A stretch of 64,000 bases of DNA from contig DAOUDJ010000222.1 of NCBI GenBank assembly GCA_034430795.1, positions 5,481 through 69,480 of the forward strand, in the 5' to 3' direction. The position numbers and the translations under genes were made by a program. Below the pieces are notes generated by a model. That model saw nothing but the letters and a program-made list of their open reading frames with translations. It did no database searches and had not been told where the DNA came from. The stretch is from Anaerolineales bacterium. GTDB taxonomy: Bacteria; Chloroflexota; Anaerolineae; Anaerolineales; E44-bin32. Below, piece after piece: positions 57,577 through 64,000 of the stretch. Position 1 is the stretch's first letter. Each line of letters starts with the position of its first letter.

Positions 57577-57627
57577 GGCTCTGCTGGTGAGGGACGCGCT
57601 TATTATCAAGTTGTGGAGGGTTTGAAT

Positions 57628-57849
57628 ATGTTGCCATATATCGTCATCATACTGGCGGTGATTTACTTCGTTGTGAAAGGTACAGGATTTCTGGACGAAT
57701 TTGCCAAATCTCGTCGTACGCAGGGTGATCCTGAAGAGAAGGTGGGGTGGCGTCTGTTAGAACGAATGCGCAATGACTCTGATATGAATCGCCGCCTGGA
57801 AGTTTTCAAGGATTTTCTTGGCGACAACAATGAAGATGAAGAAGAGTGA
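57628..57849 (+). CDS. small single-TM protein with acidic tail
   Basis: ATG 57628 lies 8 nt after SD 'ggaggg'. N-terminal TM 'MLPYIVIILAVIYFVV'. Confidence 0.45.
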   Translation: MLPYIVIILAVIYFVVKGTGFLDEFAKSRRTQGDPEEKVGWRLLERMRNDSDMNRRLEVFKDFLGDNNEDEEE

Positions 57850-57925
57850 GTGGTCCACTTGCTCCTATCTTCGAATGAGCTTGATCAATTTCCTCTGTAA
57901 TCTCAGTTGAAAGTGTAACGGTGTA

Positions 57926-58837
57926 GTGGTCGTGCCAGATTCGATTGGTGGTCTGGCAGCGCTAGGAACATCCATCCTTTGGGCTGCCACATCCACGTTT
58001 TTTACATTCGCCAGTAGGGAGTTGGGTTCGGTAGCTGTAAACCGAGTCCGGTTGTTGCTGGCAACGATTTTCCTCGCCATCACGCATTTGGCCATCAACG
58101 GGACTCTGTTTCCAATAGATGCAAAACCGGAGGCGTGGTTTTGGTTTGTACTATCGGGTGTGATTGGGTTAGTCCTTGGTGACGCTTTCCTTTTCCAGGC
58201 GTTTGTGTGGATTGGCCCCCGGCTATCGATGCTCCTCATGAGTCTAGCCCCCGTCATCAGTATGATCTTTTCGTGGTTATTCCTTGCCGAACAGCTAACA
58301 TTATTGCAGGTACTGGGGATAGGGATAACGGTTTTGGGGGTCTCAACGGTTGTCCTTGATCGGGGGAAACCCAGCGAGAAGGAGGGGCAGAATCGACACT
58401 ATCTCAAAGGGCTGCTTTTCGGCCTCGGCGGTGCGGTAGGTCAAGCGTTAGGGCTGGTCACTTCAAAAGTTGGGCTTAACGCAGGATTATCCCCACTGTC
58501 CGGTAACTTGATCAGGATGTTCAGCGCAGCAGTGATCATGTGGTTTTTTGCTCTTGTAATGAATCAAGCCAAAGTGACCTTGGACAGTGTATGGCACTCG
58601 AGACGAGCGCGCAGCTTCCTCTTCTTGGGCGCCCTGGCTGGACCATTTCTTGGTGTCTGGCTTTCGCTGGTTGCCATTCAACACACATCCGTGGGCATCG
58701 CCAGCACACTGATGAGCCTGCCACCAATTATTCTTATCCCTGTAGGGATGATTATATTTAAAGAGCGCATTGGATGGCAAGCGGTAGTTGGAACGGTATT
58801 AGCGGTCGGCGGCGTGGCAATGTTGTTTTTGGTTTAA
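57926..58837 (+). CDS. EamA/DMT-superfamily transporter
   Basis: Ten hydrophobic helices in two EamA-like halves. GTG start. Confidence 0.82.
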   Translation: MVVPDSIGGLAALGTSILWAATSTFFTFASRELGSVAVNRVRLLLATIFLAITHLAINGTLFPIDAKPEAWFWFVLSGVIGLVLGDAFLFQAFVWIGPRLSMLLMSLAPVISMIFSWLFLAEQLTLLQVLGIGITVLGVSTVVLDRGKPSEKEGQNRHYLKGLLFGLGGAVGQALGLVTSKVGLNAGLSPLSGNLIRMFSAAVIMWFFALVMNQAKVTLDSVWHSRRARSFLFLGALAGPFLGVWLSLVAIQHTSVGIASTLMSLPPIILIPVGMIIFKERIGWQAVVGTVLAVGGVAMLFLV

Positions 58838-58868
58838 ACAATGGGAGTGAAATTAGGGAGGGTGCGAT

Positions 58869-59900
58869 CTATTCTGTCGCGGTTGATTCGAGACCAGGTT
58901 CACAAGCGCTCAATGTGCCGTCAGCGTTGATGTAGGGGCGAACGTTGCGCATGATCTCGATTTCACCTTCTACCATGACGCAAGTGCCGGATTTGAATTC
59001 GGGGTATGTTCGGGTGTGATCGATGATCTCGAAAGTGCCCATTTCCTCGCTAAAGATCGCAACATAGGGGATTGCGCCCGACTGGAACCACCGTTTGATT
59101 ACGCCATATACGCACAGGATTTCACCCTCGGAATTAAGCGAAAGCTCATCCCATCTCATGCACGCTATCTCCGGTAAGGGAGTCGTCGTAGGTTCCGGGG
59201 AGGGACTCCCCTCGGGCGGCTTTGTAGCTCTGACATAGGCATCCGTTGGCTCAATGGATGGGACACTGGTCGCGATTGGAGTTCCCTCACGCGGAGTCAA
59301 GAGTGAAGATAAATCAAAGCGTTTAAAAACGACGATCACAATTGCCGCGACCGCGAGGATACCAGCAAGCATGAGAGCCCAACGGATGATAATAGACCTC
59401 GAAAAAGGTCCTTGCTCTTGGTCATCCTCAGAGATTTCTTTGTCAGCACTGGGGAGGAGATCCGCTAATGGATCGAAATCTCTATCTGAGTCGAGGCGGC
59501 GATCATGGAGAACTGCCAACCCCTCCTCGCTTTCCGCAGGCATGCGGGGCATTTTTACAATTTTCTGAGGGGATTTCGTAAAAGTTGCCTCGCCAACATC
59601 TTCACCCTCGAGATCAACCTCTTCTACGCTTTCTGGTTCCTTCTCCATGCTCGGTTTCAAACGCGCCAGGAGGCTTTCGGAGTGCTCGCTCTCTCCAATG
59701 TCAACGCTGAACGGTTGCTCAGTTGTAAGTTCCCTGCCGCATAATGGGCAGCGCTCTATGCCGCGTTCGACCCATTCCGCGCAGAACGGGCATTTGCACA
59801 AACTCGTAAGCCAGAGAGGGGGGTCGATGTCGCGCCGGCAGAAGCGGCAGAAGACCGCCTCATCTTGAATCTCTTTGTTGCAATGTGGGCAACTGCGCAT
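58869..59900 (-). CDS. double zinc-ribbon, single-pass membrane protein with extracytoplasmic beta-rich domain
   Basis: 'CPHCNKEI...CRFCRR' and 'CPFCAEW...CPLCGRE', an acidic linker, TM 'WALMLAGILAVAAIVIVVF' and a C-terminal domain of about 130 aa. Confidence 0.6.
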   Translation of the reverse strand: MRSCPHCNKEIQDEAVFCRFCRRDIDPPLWLTSLCKCPFCAEWVERGIERCPLCGRELTTEQPFSVDIGESEHSESLLARLKPSMEKEPESVEEVDLEGEDVGEATFTKSPQKIVKMPRMPAESEEGLAVLHDRRLDSDRDFDPLADLLPSADKEISEDDQEQGPFSRSIIIRWALMLAGILAVAAIVIVVFKRFDLSSLLTPREGTPIATSVPSIEPTDAYVRATKPPEGSPSPEPTTTPLPEIACMRWDELSLNSEGEILCVYGVIKRWFQSGAIPYVAIFSEEMGTFEIIDHTRTYPEFKSGTCVMVEGEIEIMRNVRPYINADGTLSACEPGLESTATE

Positions 59901-60346
59901 GGATATTGTCCCAAAAAGTTCTTACGGCAATTGTAATCTTTCAAACGAATAGTGCAATGTCTCCTAGGTGCTATTACCCCCTCCAGCCAAGTCGCGAGGT
60001 TAGCAAGGGAGCGCATCCTGCATTCGTTCTCCATCAAAAAAAGAGGGAATGGGAATTTGAAGGTTGACGCCCGCTTAAATCGTATGCACAAAAGGTTTCA
60101 AGGCTTCTACACCTTGAAGAGAATGGGCTGTTCACAATAGGATTGGTAAGGTGCATTTTGCTGCCATCAACGCTGGGGATACAATTCCTTTTGGCGTGAA
60201 TGACCCTTGTCAATGGGTCGTGATCTCCGACCATTGAAACTATGGGAAAGGACACTCTTATGAGGCCCTGGTTTCTTGTAAGATATCTGTGTGTTCATAA
60301 GAAGAGCAACCGCTCGAAGCTGATAATTGCCAGATAACAAGAAGAC

Positions 60347-61282
60347 ATGGGGAACTACGGGGTTAAGATGTTTATGAAACGCTCGACGAGGGAATTTCTC
60401 AAGGCATGGCAAGGAGTCAAGGGAGCGACGTTGTTCGACCGTCTGCATGGTTATGTGTATGCGCGGTGGCCCTACCTTTACATTCGCATCGGACTCGAGG
60501 AGCATCCTATCGGCCGAGCGTTCAATTCCATGAGTTCTATTCTGTCTAAACTGATTCCAGATAGGGATCCGGTTTCTTGGCAGTGGAGCTTCGCAGATAC
60601 GTATCATGGGAAGGTAGTCACGACCGACTCCGCTCGCCAGCTCGTCCAGGTCCAGGAAGATATCAATTTGCCGGATCTCGAGCATGTGATCCCCTATCCG
60701 AAGGCGCGCGATATTATCATGACCAACCCCGATCATATCGTCATCTTGGAATGTCCTTGTCGATCTGCTTGCTCCGAGCCATGTTTACCGTTAGATGTTT
60801 GCATGATCGTCGGCGAACCGTTCGCATCATTGATTCTCGACCATCACCCGGATCGCTCACGCTGGATTACAAGCGAGGAAGCTGAAGGCATACTCGAAGC
60901 AGAGCACGCCCGTGGGCATGTTCATCACGCATTTTTTAAAGATGCGATGCTGGGACGGTTCTACGCGATCTGCAATTGCTGCTCATGTTGTTGTGGCGCG
61001 ATGCGATCGATGCGCAATGGAACCCCTATGCTCACCTCCTCGGGCTTCGTCAGCGAGGTGGAGATCGACCTGTGTGTCGCTTGCGGATTATGCACCGAGC
61101 ACTGTCCTTTCGGTGCGATGAGTATGGGCGATGTGCAAGTTGAAATTGACCGGGGCGTGTGTATGGGCTGTGGAGTATGTGTGAGCAAATGTCCGGAAGG
61201 GGCGCTGAGTCTTAAAGAGGATCCAGAAAAAGGTGTGCCTTTGGTGCTCAGTGAGCTCCTGAAAGCAGGAGCGGAAGTATGA
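60347..61282 (+). CDS. cysteine-dense Fe-S protein with C-terminal 2x[4Fe-4S] ferredoxin domain
   Basis: 'CPCRSACSEPC', 'CNCCSCCCG', then 'CVACGLCTEHCP' and 'CMGCGVCVSKCP'. Confidence 0.75.
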   Translation: MGNYGVKMFMKRSTREFLKAWQGVKGATLFDRLHGYVYARWPYLYIRIGLEEHPIGRAFNSMSSILSKLIPDRDPVSWQWSFADTYHGKVVTTDSARQLVQVQEDINLPDLEHVIPYPKARDIIMTNPDHIVILECPCRSACSEPCLPLDVCMIVGEPFASLILDHHPDRSRWITSEEAEGILEAEHARGHVHHAFFKDAMLGRFYAICNCCSCCCGAMRSMRNGTPMLTSSGFVSEVEIDLCVACGLCTEHCPFGAMSMGDVQVEIDRGVCMGCGVCVSKCPEGALSLKEDPEKGVPLVLSELLKAGAEV

Positions 61283-61327
61283 TCCCAGGGGGATTGAAAA
61301 AATATCGAAAAAGGTTGTCCGCAGCAG

Positions 61328-61356
61328 GTCACATAAGGGCTGAGCGAGGCTATAAT
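61328..61356 (+). promoter_or_regulatory. candidate promoter of the aminotransferase-pckA unit
   Basis: GTCACA (61328-61333), 17-nt spacer, TATAAT (61351-61356). Lies about 75 nt upstream of ATG 61431. Confidence 0.3.
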
Positions 61357-61430
61357 ATGCCCGGCGGCGCATTGTTATGGAATATTGTTTGACAATTATT
61401 GAGACTGATTAGATAAGACAGGAGAGCTTC

Positions 61431-62648
61431 ATGGCGATAAGCCATCTGGCGAAGACGATCCAAGAATCCCCAACTTTAAGGTTGAGTGAGCAAGCAAGGA
61501 TCCTGCGAGCCCAAGATGAACCTGTTATTCACCTCGGGATTGGGGAACCGGAGAACAAAACCCCGATTAGCGCCCTACTCAGCGCCGCAGCTCGTTTGAG
61601 TGCCGGAGATATTAAATATACACCGACGGATGGGACGCCTTCCTTGAAGAAGGCGATTATCCAGTATACAGAGAAAAACTATAACAGGCTCGCTGCACTA
61701 GAGAACATAATCGTTTCGACAGGAGCCAAGCAGTCTATCTACAACATCCTTTTTACGGTCGTCAACCCACGGGAAGAGGTTATCCTCCTGGCGCCGCACT
61801 GGGTAAGTTACCCGGAAATGATTAAAATGGTCTCGGGCGTGCCAGTCGTGGTTGCCCCCGAGGATGGAACCTTCCACCCAAGCCTGCGTGATATCGAGCA
61901 GGCGGCCAGTTCCAAAACGCGAGCGATTATCTTGAACAGCCCCAACAATCCTTCGGGAGTTCTCTACTCGGAGGATTTCATCGCCGAGATTGTTGAGTAC
62001 TGTGAGAGGAAGGGGATCTATCTCATCTGTGACGATATTTACCAAAAACTTACTTTCGATGGCAAGATATCTGTTCCGGCTTATAACTACACCACGGAGG
62101 ATATCGAATCCAGCCATCTGATTGTCGTCAATGGAGTATCCAAGATGTATGGGATGACCGGTTTTCGCATTGGCTGGGTCGTTGGCCCGCGAAAACTTGT
62201 CAAGGTAATGACGAACATACAGGCGCAAATGACGTCAAATCCGTCGGTTATTTCTCAAGCAGCTGCGGAAGGAGCGCTTATGGGTGATCAAAGCGTTGTG
62301 GAGAGCCTCCGTTTGACGATGCAGAACAACCGCGATGTGATGTTGAACGAGTTACTCGGTCTCAACGGGGTACACGTCACAAAGCCCGATGGAACTTTCT
62401 ACTGCTTACCTGATTTCCGATCCTTCCGCATGACATCGACAGAGCTTGCAAAGTTCCTGCTCGAAAAAGCGCTAGTTGTCACGGTTCCGGGATCTGAATT
62501 TGGGATGGATGGCTACCTGCGCCTGAGTTATGCGGGTTCGGTTAAGGACATTAAGGACGGGATGGAACGCCTGAAATGGGCGCTAGACCCCGAATCTTCC
62601 GATGAAATCTACATTGGCAATCGCAAACTTACCAGGGATTGGATATGA
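61431..62648 (+). CDS. class I PLP-dependent (aspartate-type) aminotransferase
   Basis: 'NSPNNPSG' and 'SKMYGMTGFRIGW' (PLP lysine). SD 'aggaga' upstream. Confidence 0.9.
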   Translation: MAISHLAKTIQESPTLRLSEQARILRAQDEPVIHLGIGEPENKTPISALLSAAARLSAGDIKYTPTDGTPSLKKAIIQYTEKNYNRLAALENIIVSTGAKQSIYNILFTVVNPREEVILLAPHWVSYPEMIKMVSGVPVVVAPEDGTFHPSLRDIEQAASSKTRAIILNSPNNPSGVLYSEDFIAEIVEYCERKGIYLICDDIYQKLTFDGKISVPAYNYTTEDIESSHLIVVNGVSKMYGMTGFRIGWVVGPRKLVKVMTNIQAQMTSNPSVISQAAAEGALMGDQSVVESLRLTMQNNRDVMLNELLGLNGVHVTKPDGTFYCLPDFRSFRMTSTELAKFLLEKALVVTVPGSEFGMDGYLRLSYAGSVKDIKDGMERLKWALDPESSDEIYIGNRKLTRDWI

Positions 62649-64000
62649 CGAACAACCCGCTGAATATCAAAACACCCGCTCAAGCAGTGGCCAATGCGCT
62701 AAAGTGTGACTACGGCTTGGAAAATCATGGGTTTACGGACCTCAATATTATCTATTGGAATCTAGCCACCGAGTCGCTTTACGAGGAGATCACGTTCCGG
62801 CGTGAAGGTCACATCACTCACCAGGGCGCGATTGCAGTGTCCTCGGGAAAACACACCGCCAGAGCGGCGAACGATAAGTTCATCGTCCGTGAGCCAACGA
62901 CTGAGGAGGATATCTGGTGGGGGGAATATAATTGCCCTTATGATATGCAAAAGTTCGATGAGCTCTACAACCGGATGTTAGGGTATGTACAAGGGCGTGA
63001 TATTTTTGTCCAGGACTGTTTTGTCGGCGCAGATCCCGAATACCGGATACCCATTCGAATCATCACGGAATATGCCTGGCATAGTCTTTTCGCTCGGAAT
63101 ATGTTTCTTCTTCCACAAAGCGCCGAGGAATATCGGCAGCACATCCCATCCTTCACCCTCGTTGCAATTCCGTCGTTTAAAGCTATCGGATCTATTGATG
63201 GGACCAATTCGGAAACCTTTATCGGTCTAAATTTCGAGAAAAACCTCGCCATCATCGGGTCTTCGGCTTACGGTGGAGAAATTAAGAAGTCGATCTTCAC
63301 CGTATTAAATTACCTGCTTCCACTCCAGGGCGTTATGTCGATGCATTGTTCTGCGAATGTGGGTCAGGAGGGGGACACCGCTCTATTTTTCGGCCTCTCT
63401 GGAACAGGGAAGACAACTCTCTCTGCTGACCCAACCCGCAGGCTCATCGGCGACGATGAACACGGATGGAGCGATAAGGGAATCTTCAACTTTGAAGGCG
63501 GCTCTTATGCTAAGGTGATCCGCCTTTCCTCAAGCGCAGAACCGGAGATTTATGCAGCCACACAAAGATTTGGCACGATACTTGAGAATGTTGTGTTCGA
63601 TCCGGTAACGCGAGAAATCGATCTCGACGATAATGAGCATACCGAGAATACTCGCGCCTCCTATCCCCTGGCATATTTCGAGAACTCCGTTCCGGAGAAA
63701 ATGGCCGGACACCCGAAAAATATCGTACTCCTGACATTTGATGCGTCTGGTGTAATGCCGCCGATTGCCAAGCTCTCACCCAGCCAGGCTCTGTATCAGT
63801 TCGTATCAGGGTACACAGCGAAAGTAGGGGGTACTGAGGTCGGGGTGGGCGATGAACCGGAAATAACATTCAGTACTTGTTTCGGCGCACCTTTCATGGT
63901 TCATCATCCCTCTCGCTACGCTGATTTGCTGAAGGGGAAGATCGAGCGATATGGTGTCACCACCTGGCTGCTTAATACGGGTTGGGTTGGAGGTCCCTAC
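62645..64000 (+). CDS. pckA: phosphoenolpyruvate carboxykinase (ATP), 3' end outside window
   Basis: Not in the ORF track because no stop occurs before the window end. Hand translation from ATG 62645 (ATGA overlap with the aminotransferase stop) gives 'GKHTARAANDKFIV', 'GLSGTGKTTLS', 'IGDDEHGW' and 'NTRASYP'. Open through 64000. Confidence 0.95.
   Translation, partial: MTNNPLNIKTPAQAVANALKCDYGLENHGFTDLNIIYWNLATESLYEEITFRREGHITHQGAIAVSSGKHTARAANDKFIVREPTTEEDIWWGEYNCPYDMQKFDELYNRMLGYVQGRDIFVQDCFVGADPEYRIPIRIITEYAWHSLFARNMFLLPQSAEEYRQHIPSFTLVAIPSFKAIGSIDGTNSETFIGLNFEKNLAIIGSSAYGGEIKKSIFTVLNYLLPLQGVMSMHCSANVGQEGDTALFFGLSGTGKTTLSADPTRRLIGDDEHGWSDKGIFNFEGGSYAKVIRLSSSAEPEIYAATQRFGTILENVVFDPVTREIDLDDNEHTENTRASYPLAYFENSVPEKMAGHPKNIVLLTFDASGVMPPIAKLSPSQALYQFVSGYTAKVGGTEVGVGDEPEITFSTCFGAPFMVHHPSRYADLLKGKIERYGVTTWLLNTGWVGGPY

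Noticed and set aside
60215-60223. 'GGGTCGTGA' string reminiscent of the ZTP (pfl) riboswitch 5' core
   Set aside because: The remaining conserved elements are absent. There is no downstream 'CCGCCTGGGC'-type pseudoknot partner and no matching P1 closing 'CGACCC'. The downstream gene is also not a purine or folate gene.
60167-60736. 189-aa minus-strand ORF overlapping the Fe-S gene start
   Set aside because: It overlaps the motif-bearing + strand gene. It has no SD or recognisable domain and an Arg-rich composition.
1-64000. CRISPR arrays, rRNA genes, IS elements, long direct or tandem repeats
   Set aside because: Reading through all spacers longer than 100 nt showed no regularly spaced repeats and no transposase- or integrase-like ORFs. 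The only repeats seen are the short ones reported in the findings.

Overview
Dense, mostly housekeeping chromosomal segment with about 60 protein genes, one tRNA and one ribozyme. Gene content suggests a Chloroflexota-like, possibly Anaerolineae-like, bacterium; this is inference only, based on DUF2298 'YYY' membrane proteins, an isopentenyl-phosphate-kinase mevalonate branch, a glmS ribozyme and many lipobox lipoproteins. Recognisable genes include trmO (partial), czcD-type CDF transporter, dodecin, pepF, rph, an ALDH7-type aldehyde dehydrogenase, panB, ipk, mvk, a UbiA-type phosphoribosyltransferase, tlyA, cmk, two plsC paralogs, glmS with its ribozyme, yyaL-like thioredoxin-domain protein, vanZ, scpA, trxA, fabH, fabF, an OSBS/NSAR enolase, cyclophilin, udk, tRNA-Thr(CGU), an MshA-like GT4, a HAD-IIA phosphatase, an aminotransferase and pckA (partial, missing from the ORF track because it runs off the 3' edge). 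I saw no rRNA, CRISPR array, transposase, integrase or phage genes. The strongest lead is a seven-gene, translationally coupled operon at 22.7-37.3 kb: a flippase-like UPF0104 protein, a GT4, a SAM methyltransferase and four very large polytopic GT-C-like proteins, two of them carrying the function-unknown DUF2298 'Chlor_Arch_YYY' module. It lies just downstream of tlyA, which is transcribed divergently from a ubiA(DPPR-synthase-like)-mvk-ipk operon. Together these look like an uncharacterised polyprenyl-phosphate-dependent envelope glycan assembly system. Secondary observations: an amber codon at the catalytic Glu codon of a Nudix GDP-mannose hydrolase-like gene, an unlisted 56-aa Cys-motif ORF upstream of the CDF transporter, an unrecognised 422-aa protein next to panB, a Cys-dense Fe-S protein, and several structured spacers. 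All family assignments come from reading motifs by eye and need HMM or structure confirmation.
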